Shown: positions 38,418 through 50,320 of the stretch, one piece after another
How the letters are laid out: each line of letters starts with the position of its first letter
Numbering within the stretch: the first letter of the stretch is position 1
From: Octopus vulgaris
Taxonomy: Eukaryota
Assembly: GCA_951406725.2 (NCBI GenBank)
Contig: OX597818.1
Coordinates: 41,540,001 to 41,604,000 of the forward strand
Direction: 5' to 3'
DNA length: 64,000 nucleotides
The notes under the pieces: generated by a model
The model's input: only the letters and a program-made list of their open reading frames with translations
Told to the model about the DNA's origin: nothing
Databases searched by the model: none
Position numbers and translations under genes: made by a program

Positions 38418-40512
38418 CCCAATTGAAGGACCAGCTACCTGAATCGACAGTACCCTGGTACATAAAGCAACTAAGGATATGAAGACAGGGAGAGCACCTG
38501 GCCCATCAGGAATCACCACTGAGATGCTTAAAATATCTGATGGTGTGGGTTATGGTCCAGTCACCCATATTGTAAATCAGGAAGTTCATGAAGGAGTCAT
38601 ACCCAATGACTTGTGTAGCAGCACCATAGTCATCTACTACAAAGGTAAAGGTGATGCTTTAGACAGAAATAACTACAGGGGTATCAAACTGCTGGATCAC
38701 ATGATGAAGGTCACGGAGAGAGGGTCATAGCCCAACTAATTAGAGAGAGAGTTAGCCTAGATGAGATGCAGTTTGGTTTTGTGCCAGGTAGAAGCACCAC
38801 TGATACTATATTTCTGGTAAGGCAACTGCAAGAGAAATATCTAGCCAAAGATAAACCTCTGTACTTGGAGAAAGCTTTTGACAGGGTCCCCTGATCCTTT
38901 ATCTGGTGGTCAATGCAGAAACTAGGGTTAGATGAGTGGTTGGTAAGAGCTGTACAAGCCCTGTACAGGGATGCTGTCAGTAAGGTGAGGGTTGGCATCG
39001 AGTATAATGAAGAATTCTGGGTAGAAGTAGGGGTTCACCAAGGATCACTCATCAGCCCCTGTTATTCATCATAGTTCTGCAGGCAATAACAAGAATTCAA
39101 GACAGGCTTCCCCTGGGAGCTCCTCTATGCTGATGACCTTGCTCTCATAGCTGAGTCACTACCAGAATTAGGGGTTGAAGTTTCAAGTGTGGAAGCAAAG
39201 TCTAGAATTGAAGTGCCTTAGAGTCAATCTAGCAAAAACCAGTCTTAGTAAGTAGGAAGGCAGACAAATCACAAACCCCTTCAGGTAGATGGCCCTGCTC
39301 AATTTGTAGGAAAGGCATAGGTAGAAACTCCACAAGATGTACCCAGTGTAAGCTATGGACACATAAGAGGTGCAGGAATATCAAAGAAAGGTTAACTGGT
39401 AAGATAGTTTTTTAGTGTGGCAGATGCACAGGGACAATAAACACCAAAGATGTACAGAAAACAGATTCCTTCACATGCCAGAGGGAGAAACTAGAAGTAG
39501 TTGATAGCTTCCACTGCCTAGGTGACCAAGGGGGTAGAATAAGAATAGCCTGGGTAAAGTTCAGGGAGTTTGTACCTCTGCTGCTGGCAACTAAAGGCCT
39601 CTCGCTAGGGATGAAAGGTAGACTGTATGATTCATGTGTGCAAACTGCTATGTTACATGGCAGTGAAACATGAGCCATGACTGCTGAGGACATGTGTGGG
39701 CTTGAAAGAAATGAAGTTAGTATGATCCACTGGATATGTAATGTCAGTGTGCATACACAACAGAGTGTAAGTGCCCTGAGAGAAAAGCTGGACATAAGAA
39801 GCATCAGATGTGGTGTGCAAGAGAGATGACTGCACTGGTATGGTCATGTGCTGCATATGGATGAGGAGAGGTGTGTGAAGAAGTGTCACTCCCTAACAGT
39901 GGAAGGAACCCATGGAAGAGGGAGACTCAGGAAGACATGGGATGAGGTGGTAAAGTATGACCTTCGAACGTTGGGCTTCACAGAGGCAATGACAAGAGAC
40001 CGAGACCTTGGAGATATGCTGTGATTGAGAAGACCTGGCAAGTAAAGTGAGATCACAGCTGTGGTGATACCAGTGTTGCATAACCAGCCCATTTAAAAGT
40101 ACCCTTGAATCATCAGGTGATATGCTGTGCTTGAGAAGACCTATTGAGTCAGGCAAAATCAAAACCAAAATGGAAATTGTAGTTGTGCCACCTGTGCTGG
40201 TGGCACATAAAAAGCACCATTCAAGTGTTAGTCAATGCCAGTGCCACCTAACTGGCTCCTCATGCTGGTGACATGTAAAAAGCACCATCAGAAAGTGGTT
40301 GATACCAGTGCCGCTTGACTGGCCCTTGTGCCAATGACACATAAAAGGCACCCACTACACTCTCGGAGTATTTGCGTTAGGAAGGGTATCCAGCTGTAGA
40401 AACCATGCCAGATCAGATTGGAGTCTGGTGCAGCCTCCTGGCTTGCCAGCCCTTAGTCAAACCATCCAACACATGCCAGCATGGAAAATGGATGTTAAAC
40501 AATGATGATGAT
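38418..40512 (+). mobile_element. 5'-truncated, decayed RTE-clade LINE
   Basis: RT fragments GRAPGPSGI..EMLK, NYRGIKLL, QFGF.PGRSTTD, GVHQGS, LLYADDL; Cys-rich WPCSICRKG..C..C..W.HKRC segment; (GAT)n tail; many stops and frameshifts. Sense orientation in intron 3 of the TMEM243-like gene. Confidence 0.88.
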
Positions 40513-40658
40513 TTGGAAACAGGTAAAGGTTGGCGACAGGAAGGGAATTTGGCCATAGAAAAATCTGCCTCAACAAATTCCATTGCAAGCATAGAAAAGT
40601 GGATGTTAAATGATGACTATATTGTATAATGCATACTTCCTTTTTTAAGCCATTAGTG

Positions 40659-40992
40659 AAGGCGCATGGCTCAGTGGTGAGGGCGTCAAGCTTACGATTG
40701 TGAAGTTGTGATTTTGATTCCCAGAGCGGGCTGCATGTTGTGTTCTTGAGCAAGACACTTTATTTCACGTTGCTCTAGTTAACTCAGCTGTAGAAATGAA
40801 TTGTGACATCACTGGTGCCAAGCTGTATTGGCCTTTGCTTTTCCCTTGGATAATACTGGTGGCATGGAGAGGGGAGGCTAGTATGCATGGGCGACTGCTG
40901 GTCTTCCATAAGCAACCTTGCCCAGACTTGTGCCTCGGAGGGTAACTTTCTAGGTGCAATCCCATGGTCATTCATGACCGAAGGGGGTCTCC
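40659..40992 (+). mobile_element. tRNA-derived SINE (family C-type head, different 3' body)
   Basis: GAAGGCGCATGGCTCAGTGG head and TTGTGTTCTTGAGCAAGACACTT; the 3' body is also present at 33181-33330. Confidence 0.68.
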
Positions 40993-41747
40993 TCAAGGGT
41001 GTATTTACATGCTATTCCTAGCAAGTCAAGATCATAGAAGCTCCCTTATTAGCTCTGTGAAGTTTGAATACTACTGAGTGGTGTTAAACTCTCAATGGCT
41101 CAAATCTGTGTTCCAAGTTCAATCCCAGATTAAATGATTGTGTTTAATTTACTCTTCATACTTGCACTTTTCTTAGAGATTTGAGCCCTGTCAAACTAAA
41201 ATAGTGGGTATTGATCATATAACCCCTTGAAGTAAAATTAGATTTATATTCACAAGCAAGAAGTGTTGACTACATTCTTTTCTATTCTAGGAACAAGGCT
41301 CGAAAATTTGGGGGAGGTGGGGAGGGCAGTCAATTAGTGTGCAAGTTTTGCATCACTTCACAACAAATTATACCTTCAAGGAAAGAACATTCAAATTCGG
41401 ATGGGGACTCCTAGAGTTAAAAATCTGATGGTTTATTCCATAGCTATTTACCAGGAATAATATTTTTGCTTATAATTCAATTTATTCATGCTGATTGGTC
41501 ATAAAGATTGAATGTAATCGATGAATGAGGAATTCAGATCTAATGGAATTTTAAATATAATTGTAAAATTGTTCAGTTTTATTCTTACTGATATACTAAA
41601 AAATATTTTTAAAAGAGGATTGAACAGAAGCGATTCAGAGGGTAGAAAAAGATAAGGGTTTTCAAAATAATGATTAATTAAAAAACTAAATTGCATTCAT
41701 ATTCAATATAACAAATTATGATTATTCTCCTGTAATCTATTTTGTAG

Positions 41748-41861
41748 GTGAATTTCATCCGCAAAGGTGATCTTTCAAGAGAGAAAACCTGGTTCCTCTA
41801 TTTTGTTGGTGGATGCGTCTTCCTTGAAGCTATCTTCACTGATGTCTTGCTCTTCCGTTGA
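41748..41861 (+). CDS. TMEM243: TMEM243-like terminal coding exon (VNFIRKGDLSREKTWFLYFVGGCVFLEAIFTDVLLFR*)
   Basis: tttgTAG acceptor, TGA at 41859-61. RKGDL resembles the RQGDL loop recalled for vertebrate TMEM243. The spliced product is 120 aa with ~3 hydrophobic segments. Family assignment is from memory, not a search. Confidence 0.75.
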   Translation: MNFIRKGDLSREKTWFLYFVGGCVFLEAIFTDVLLFR

Positions 41862-42114
41862 AATATTTAACACAAATATTTTTCATTTTAACTGTATAAC
41901 CTCATCTGTCAATATGTTCAGCGTTTAACAAGGAGGATAGAGAGAATTGTCAGCAACAAATATAAACTTTCAGACTACCCCAGATGTAATAGGTACACTT
42001 GTTGAACAAATCAGCTCTATCTTATTTTGTGGGTGAAATATTTTCACTGAAGTATTCTCATAAATGTCATCTCATTCCTAGACTTATTCCAATAAGTTAT
42101 TCATAAATTAAATT

Positions 42115-42120
42115 AATAAA
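42115..42120 (+). terminator. candidate polyadenylation signal of the TMEM243-like gene
   Basis: AATAAA ~250 nt after the stop codon, followed by a T-rich tract. Confidence 0.45.
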
Positions 42121-42225
42121 AATGTTAATTATCTAATTATCTTTTTTTTGTTCTTTATTTTTTTATACACATGGTTAATGTGAACAATAGATAGCTAATG
42201 ACAGTAACATTCATCTCAACCGGGA

Positions 42226-42605
42226 CTCTTTTACTTGTTTCAGTCATTTGACTGCGGCCATGCTGGAGCACCACCTTTAGTCGAGCAAATCGACCCCAGG
42301 ACTTATTCTTTGTAAACCTAGTACTTATTCTATCAGTCCCTTTTGTTGAACCTCTAAGTTACGGGGATGAAAACACACCAGCATCAGTTGTCAAGCGATG
42401 TTGGGGAGACAAACAGACACACAAACATATACATACACATATAAGACAGGCTTCTTTCAGTTTCCATCTGCCAAATCCACTCACAAAGCTTTGGTCGGCC
42501 CGAGGCTATAGTAGAAGACACTTTCCCAAGGTGTCACGCAGTGGAACTGAACCCAGAACCATGTGGTTGTTAAGCAAGCTACTTACCACACAACCACTCC
42601 TGTGC
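42226..42605 (-). mobile_element. SINE family A
   Basis: Reverse-complement copy. Confidence 0.82.
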
Positions 42606-43492
42606 CTATCTAACAAACATTTTCAAATGCTAACTATTGTATTGTATACACACTCACTTGATAAACATTTTAAATCCACAACTGTGACACATTCTATATA
42701 CAGCTCAAACTCCTTAATATCTATCCGAATTCTAGTCTTCTATGCAAATACTCGTTTTATTTTAATTATGGAACAACATTTTCCAAACTTTGATACAAGG
42801 GAGACAATTCAGGAAGACCAGGAGAATGCGCGACCATGTCAAGAAATTCATAAAGAATTGTAAACTGGAGAAAGTGAGGAAATATCAACAGAATGAGACA
42901 TTTCAAGTGTATACATAAGAACAAAAGAGGAGGGAGAAAAGACTACAAGACGTATAGGATGAGGTGTAAACAAACCACACTGAAACTGCTACGTGTGTTT
43001 GTATCTATACATATAAACATGCCCCTTTTTTCCTCTCCACTGCTTAACAACTGGTGTTTGTTTACATACCTGTAACTTAGCAGTTTAACAATAGAAACCG
43101 ACAAAATAAGCACAAGGCTTAATAAATAAATACTGAACTCAATTTGTACAACTAAACTCTTCAAAGAAGAGCCCAGCATGACTGCAATCCAACAGCTAAA
43201 AGATTACCTTTATCTTAACTTAGGTATTTTTAACATTTGCACAAATGGGTCTTGCCTAGTAAAGTTTATATAAATGCACCGTTTATGAAACGATTCTGTA
43301 TGCACACAACAGCTGTATGTTGATGTACCATAACACAAAGAGCAATGCTTTGAACAATATTTCAGAAGATACCAACTGCTAACAAGAATCCTTTACCTGT
43401 TTTTATTTTCAATCTAATTCATGGGTGACGCAATTACAAGCCTACCACTCCTAGTCAACATCATTATCATCCATTATAACATTGTGCTATTC

Positions 43493-43664
43493 TATCTCTT
43501 TTAATTATGAATGTATGCATATTTAAATTTTTAATACCATCTGAGACTATTCCAGGTTTTATGATGTAAATTTACATCACTTTAAAATGTACATCATAAA
43601 ACCTAGAATAGTCTCAGATGAGCTGGTGTTAAAAATTTAAATACCTTCATAAGTAAAAGAGATA
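43493..43664. repeat. imperfect palindrome (~75-bp arms, short loop)
   Basis: CATCTGAGACTATTCCAGGTTTTATGATGTA pairs with TACATCATAAAACCTAGAATAGTCTCAGATG, and the pairing extends outward. Confidence 0.75.
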
Positions 43665-45381
43665 AAATTCATGAAGGAGGTTTTTTTATGGTCGGATACC
43701 CTTCGTGTTATCAACCCTCACTAGTTTAATGAACACCACTTGTATGATGTTTATTTATTATTATGTGATGTCAAGACAAGGGTGTACACACAATCAAGTG
43801 TCCTTCATCATCATCATCATCGTTTAAAATGTCTGCCTTCCATACTAGTGTGGGTGGAACAGTTTGACAAGAGCCAGCTAGGCAGAAGCCTGCACCAGAC
43901 TGACTTTGTAACTGCTCTGGCAGGAATTTTAGTTAATGAAGTCTGGTGCAGATATCTTCCAAATCTACTCACTAAGCTTTGGTCAGCCTTGGTTTATAGT
44001 AAAAGATTTTTCCATGGTGTCATATATTGGAGTTGAACCTGAAAAATTGGGGTAAGGAGCACATTCTCAACCACATAGCCAAGCCTTAACCCATTCTAGT
44101 GACTTTCCTAATTCTATAATATTCAATGATTTGTTCAGACCATAATTTAAAATCATTAACCTTTCAAGTTATTTGCTTGGCATTCTTGTTTTTTTAAGAG
44201 TATACATACAAAATGTTGGCTGTCAGATCTTGATATCGGAATATTCACTCCCAAGTCACCTGACATTTTTCAAACTGGTAATTTGAGGTATTTCACCAAA
44301 TCTTTCAACATTTAAAAATGTTCATTTTAATTTATACAGCTCAAATAAAATTTAACCTGTGTGCTAATATATTTGTTGAAATGTAGTGGCTTTTGTTCCA
44401 ATTAATCTTGAAAATAATGAATAATGTAACTGTCATTGCTAAGCTTGTATCTGAAACAAATTACATGAACTTTCAATGGAAGATTCTAATTTACATCATG
44501 AAACCTGGAACAGTCTCAGACGGGCTGGTATTAAAAATTTAAATACACACACACATTCGCAAGTGAAAGAGATGGGACATCACACAAAATAAGCATGCTA
44601 TAAAATAGTGAAGCCAGATCTTAATCTATGTAGCTGAGTAATTAATGATTTAAGCAATGGTTTTTTTAACCCCTTTATGTCAAGTTAATTAATGAAATAA
44701 AATAGCTTGCTCTATATGCTGACATCTGACTTTGAGGTAATACGTAGCTCAACCCTTCCTTAGTGAAGTTTTACAGATTTATATGGAAATTTCTCATATT
44801 GACTAATTAAAATTTGTAATTGCTATTAGTAACTTTTGGCATGCAATTTTAGTTGCAAAAGCTAATATGCATGACTACACCACAAAAACAAATTTTGAAA
44901 AGGAATTTGAAGCTTTTCTTAGCATTTTAAATATCCACAAAGAAAGCGAAATTGAGGAGGAAGAAATTTAGGGAAACAAATGAAGCCATCAATGCCATGC
45001 CATGAATATTACCAAATTTTTAAAACTCACAAAAAAGAATTAGAGATAAGACAAATTTGCAATATACTTTTTCCTCCAGCTTTCCCAGAGACAATCAAAA
45101 TGTGAACAGGTCTATCTCCTTTTCTGGTATATTATTATATTCAGCATAAGGAGAATTTCATGAGTTACAACGTAGAGGCTCCTTAAAATACTTAGACTGC
45201 ACCCCATACAATTCACTGCTATAAAGGCAAGGTATATCTAGAACAAGAGATCTATTTTGTGACTACTTACAAGTCATAGGTCTGCTGCATCAGAGTTGAT
45301 GCAGGGTCAAATAATATACTATTTAAACAATACAAAATAGAAAATACAAAACCTGTAAAAATTATTCAAAACAAGTTACAC

Positions 45382-45710
45382 TTTACTTGTTTCAGTCATT
45401 TGACTGTGGCCATGCTGGAGCACCACCTTTGGTCAAGCAAATTGACCCCAGTACTTATTCTATCAGGCCCTTTTGCCGAACCACTAAGTTACGGGGCCGT
45501 AAACACACCAGCATCAGTTGTCAAGCGATGTTGGGGGGACAAACACACATACATATACATGACGGGCTTCTTTCAGTTTCCGTCTACCAAGGCTTTGGTC
45601 AACCTGAGGCTATAGTAGAAGACACTTGCCCAAGGTGCCATGCAGTGTTGACTGAACCCGGAACCATGTGGTTGGTAAGCAAGTTACTTACCACACTGCC
45701 ACTCCTGTGC
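45382..45710 (-). mobile_element. SINE family A
   Basis: Reverse-complement copy with internal deletions. Confidence 0.8.
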
Positions 45711-47268
45711 CAACATTAACTTAATTATGTTTAGATTATTTTCAAACCATTAATTTATTTATCAGGTATTTAAGGTAAGTTTTTGCTACCATTAACACCA
45801 ACTCGTTATTTTTCTAAAAAGAAAATGTATTTCACAATATCTGGTTTGTATTACATTTTACTAAACTATGAGAGTCCTATTGTGCATGATGATGATTTTG
45901 AAAATGGTGTCAATTAAAAACCATCAGTTTTCTCAGATTAAATAAAAAAAGTTCAAATGAACACTTTTTTATCTGCTTTACATTACATATTACTAAAAAT
46001 TTTATGTGTTCGTTCTTAAGTGAACCCTATAACATTTATCATTCAAACTTAAAACGTTACACATGAAAATAAATGTTAGAGGTTTAAACAGTTAAAACTA
46101 TAAGATAAACTATTTTCATTATTTCCGGATTTTTGTCAGTGAACAGGTCACGGTCTTATAGCGACGAAAATATTTTGACAAATTAAACTTAAATGTTGAA
46201 GTGAATCGAACGGCTTTTGTGTGTTTCTTAAATGGCTTACAAATACCTTCCACGCTGCAATTGTTTTCGTTCCAGCACACGATCTCAGATCAAATCCCTT
46301 GCTATGCAAGTACATCTCCGTAATAAGAATATATTCTTTTAGCTTTACAAATATGACTAAGAAAATCCATTAGGCTATACTTAAGTATAAGTTTCTTTCC
46401 TGTGGGATTAATTCAAGCTCATACTTCCAATTATTTATTAAAACCAATTATTAAAGCTAATGTTGATAATTTGAAAAGATAAAAATGAAGTTGGAAAGCA
46501 TTAATAAAAAAACAACGGGAGTTTGTCCTTTTTCTTTACTAGTAATTAACAAAGAGGGATTAACAAAGCAGTCATGATTTGAGAATCAACAAGATTCAAA
46601 CAAGTGGAGATGTCAGAGAAAACGAATTTAGAAACACAGGAAAATAATGGATTCTCAAAGTTAATATTTTTATTATTTAAAATTACTTTCTTGAAAGACT
46701 AAAAGCTGTTTAGCTGCAAAAATACTGACTTGCAAGCATTCAGGGGTAATATAGAAATCAAGCTAGAATAGTGACCTTTAGTAAGAACACAATCCATGCC
46801 CAATTAGAGTAATAGCCTTTTATTCATACACTGTGTACACTATTATATTATCTTCATCATTGTCGTTGCGTCATCAGATTTACACATTTACTAAGCCTGA
46901 ACAATAACAAAGAAATGTCAAACAAAGATTCAATCTTTTTTCGTACATCATTCCTGAAATGTTCCCAAGGTTGGCATTCAACTTGCACAAGCCATGGTAA
47001 CAGCAGTTATCATGGGGAGAAAAGATTGTCATCCTTGCTGCTGCCAGTGTTATTGCCCATAGCTCTTTCCTCTCCTCAGGAGAGCAAAGAAGAAGAAGAA
47101 AAAAACCCCAAAGATTGGGGATATCAGAGGCTGAGTTAACCAATAGCTTAGTAGACCTGGTAATCATCTCACTGCTGCCATTAATGATGGAGGTAGGTGA
47201 TCCTCTGTATGCAGGCACATCTGCTCAGTCTTTGGGGACAAAAATGTAATCAGAGCTCTAAAAAATAA

Positions 47269-47304
47269 TCACATGGCATTCGGCTGATTCCACGAGTTCC
47301 AGTT
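47269..47304 (-). CDS. ANKHD1: ANKHD1/Mask terminal coding exon (NWNSWNQPNAM*)
   Basis: cccttttCAG acceptor, phase 0, TGA ending at 47269; followed by ~1 kb or more of repeat-poor AT-rich sequence consistent with a 3' UTR. Confidence 0.72.
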   Translation of the reverse strand, partial: NWNSWNQPNAM

Positions 47305-48459
47305 CTGAAAAGGGAATAAACAGAAATTGCAATTAAAATTTTGCAGACTATTAACCTCATGTTTAGAGATAAATTTTTGTAAATATTTACATCTGACGCT
47401 ACTAATCAATTAGGTTGATTTCTGATTGTCATCTACACTGTAAATAACTAGTTTGACTAAGTTTATTTTGACCACATTAAACACACCCAGCACACACTCG
47501 TTTGTTTGTTTCATTTAACGTCTGCTTTCCAAGGGGATCCAGCCATAGAAACCAAACTAAATCGGACTGGAACCTAGTACAGCTTCCTGACTGGCCAGCT
47601 TAGGTCAAACTGTCCAACCCATGCCTGCATAGAAAACAGACAGAGGATGATGATGACGTCATTTTAACACAATGGACATTCAATCAGCCTTTCATTAGTT
47701 ATATAATTTCTACCAAATTTGGGGCGATACATTCCATACACATACTATTTTACACAGGTGCAAACAAGCCTGCATAACTAAGAAAGTTCACTTCACAACC
47801 ATATGGCCGCAGGTTCAGTCCTAATGCGTGGCATTTTGAGTCAGTTCCTTTTACTGCAGTCCCAAGCCATCCAAAGTCTTCTGAGTGGATTTGGTAGACG
47901 GAAACTGAAAGAAACCCATCAAATAGGTTTTTCTGTGTATTCATTGTCCTTGGCATCAAGCAATAGTTGTGAATGAACATCACTGTAATACAAGTGGTCT
48001 CCTCATTTCTAATTTTCTATGGAAACATACACAGCCATGAAGAAATATTTGCTTGCTTAGAGATGAATGAGGTTTAGGAAAGGCATCTGGCCTAAGAAAA
48101 TCTACCTCAATGAATTCGTCTGATCCGTGCAAGCATGGAAAAGTGGAAGTTAATACGATAATGGTAATCCCTTACTTGGATGGGTTGTTGAATCAAATGT
48201 TTTTCAAAAACTGATTGGTTTTCCTACTTTTAACCACTCATGAAGTAAGAATGGACCCTATTTTGCTAGTCAGGTAAACTTGAATTAAGAAGAGTTATGT
48301 ACCTTATTCAAGATGGAAAGACTTAGAAAGGCTTTCCATTTCAGGATATATTAAAAACTAGTTTTTAAAATAAAATGTAGAGAATAATACATACACCATT
48401 ATTCATACTATATCATCTAACAAATATGCTGAAGTAAAAAAAAAAAAAAATTTACTTAC

Positions 48460-48609
48460 TCCCTTTTCGTTTACATCAGTCACAGGGATCTTCATGTTCC
48501 ATAAGTCTTTTGCTGAAGGTGGCACCGCATACAAGGGTATTTGTGGTGGTGGTGGGTTGAAAGTAGCAATTCCATTACTAAAACGGTGCATCAACATATG
48601 CGGATTGCC
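48460..48609 (-). CDS. ANKHD1: ANKHD1/Mask exon (GNPHMLMHRF...DLWNMKIPVTDVNEKG)
   Basis: ttaCAG acceptor, GTAAGT donor, 150 nt, phase 0/0. Confidence 0.8.
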
Positions 48610-48934
48610 CTGTAAGATATTATTTTGGTGTTTACATTGGGACAAATAAACCAAATGTGGATTAAAATTATTGTGGTTGTTAATTAAGTTAACCAAATAA
48701 AAATATTTCTCAATTTAGAATCAACTGAAATTTTAATGGATATGACCGATTTTTTTTTTTTTTTTTTTTTTTACAGTTCATGTATAAGTATGGTTGTGTT
48801 GAGACAACTTTTGAATATTTACCACTACTCTCAGCAAGATCATACAGATAAAAAATATATTTAGCTTTGGTAAGACTCTTGACTAATTCATGAACTTGTA
48901 AATTCAGCAAAAGTTCTCTCTCTCTCTCTCTCTT

Positions 48935-48966
<32 letters not shown>

Positions 48967-49102
48967 AATGGATGTGTGTATTTTTCCCTTGTTTACAATT
49001 AACATGGAAAAAATAAATAGTTACCAGGGCAGCAAAAAATCACACAAGTAATAAGGACGTAACACCCTGTTTGTAAAGGTAGAAACTCCGGGTTGATGTG
49101 AA

Positions 49103-49530
49103 ATCATCATCATCATTTAGCGTCCGTTTTCCATGCTAGCATGGGTTGGACGGTTTAACTGGGGTCTGTGAAACCGGAAGGCTTCATCAGGCCCAGTCAG
49201 ATTTGGCAGTGTTTCTACGGCTGGATGCCCTTCCTAACGCCAACCACTCCGTGAGTGTAGTGGGTGCTTTTTACGTGCCACCTGCACAGGTGCCAGAGCT
49301 GGCAAACGGCCACAAACGGATGGTGTTTTTTTCATGCCACCGGCACGGGGGCCAGGCGAGGCTGGCAACGGACACGAACGGATGGTGCTTTTACGTGCTA
49401 CCGGCACGGAGGCCAGACGAGGCTGGCAACGGACACGAACAGATGGTGCTTTTACGTGCTACCAGCACGGGGGCCAGGCGAGGCTGGCAACGGACACGAG
49501 CGGATGGTGCTTTTACGTGCCAATGGCATG
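49103..49530 (-). mobile_element. RTE 3'-end-derived short retroposon with an internal ~61-bp tandem module
   Basis: (ATC)n tail; body is the reverse complement of the RTE 3' end (40340-40510). Similar copies at 31024-31332, 55160-55340 and 63318-63490. Confidence 0.75.
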
Positions 49531-50100
49531 GGTGCCATTTGCATGCAATGACTGATTTTGCTTGGATGGATGGGTGAAGCATGACATAATGCCAAAGGTC
49601 TTGGTCATATATAAATATGGCATTAGCTGAAACAATGATAAAATCTCCAATCTTCAGAATAAACCTTAAAGGAGAAAATAGGCTTGGCTGGTTTGAAATA
49701 GTCGCCTTACATGAATCACCAAGAATTGTGTGAAGCAGTCTAGTTAATTTTTGCAGTAACACCAGCAAAAGAGATACACTTTTATATACTCGGTTTTGAA
49801 TACCAAAAGTGAAAGCCAGCCAGGTGAAACTATTTGGTGTGCAATCATTATCCACAAATACAACAAATTTGATGTATTATGTACAGAAGCTCATCCACAT
49901 TATACAAACAAATGCATGAATCCAAGCCTCTGTCTGTCTGTCTGTGTGTGTGTGAGAGAGAGAGGGCAGTTATTGAAGTAATAGCTAATAGATAAATTCA
50001 GATTCTGTAAGACTCAAATATTTTATAAGAAATAAAATTGGTTTTGTCTGTGTATATAAACCAACTCATACCAGCATGAAAAACAGACGTATGATTATGA

Positions 50101-50140
<40 letters not shown>

Positions 50141-50145
<5 letters not shown>

Positions 50146-50320
50146 TCCAAATGTGAAAACACAACAATGCGAGGACGTGGAACAAATATAGTATTATTGG
50201 ACGCCCAGGAAGGAAGGGAAGAAGGAGGGTTTAACGTTTCGAGCGGAGCTCTTCGTCAGAAACATAGGAAAAAGAAAGATCCAGAGAAGGGAAGACAGAG
50301 GAAAAAAAAATCGCCAGCGG
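50141..50320 (-). mobile_element. Penelope-like terminal-repeat fragment next to (TA)n
   Basis: Abuts (TA)n at 50107-50140 and contains the minimal hammerhead flanked by pyrimidine-rich tracts on -. Boundaries approximate. Confidence 0.55.
50229..50263 (-). ncRNA. minimal type I hammerhead ribozyme (Penelope-associated type)
   Basis: Minus strand GTTT-CTGACGA-A-GAGC-TCC-GCTC-GAAACGTT-AAAC: stem I GUUU/AAAC, core CUGACGA + extra A, 4-bp stem II, GAAA, palindromic ACGU stem III, GUU site. Confidence 0.75.

Noticed and set aside
42000-47268. Possible EIF4EBP gene downstream of ANKHD1, as in the vertebrate ANKHD1-EIF4EBP3 read-through locus
   Set aside because: No 4E-BP exon or YxxxxL motif recognised by eye; the downstream neighbour is the convergent TMEM243-like gene.
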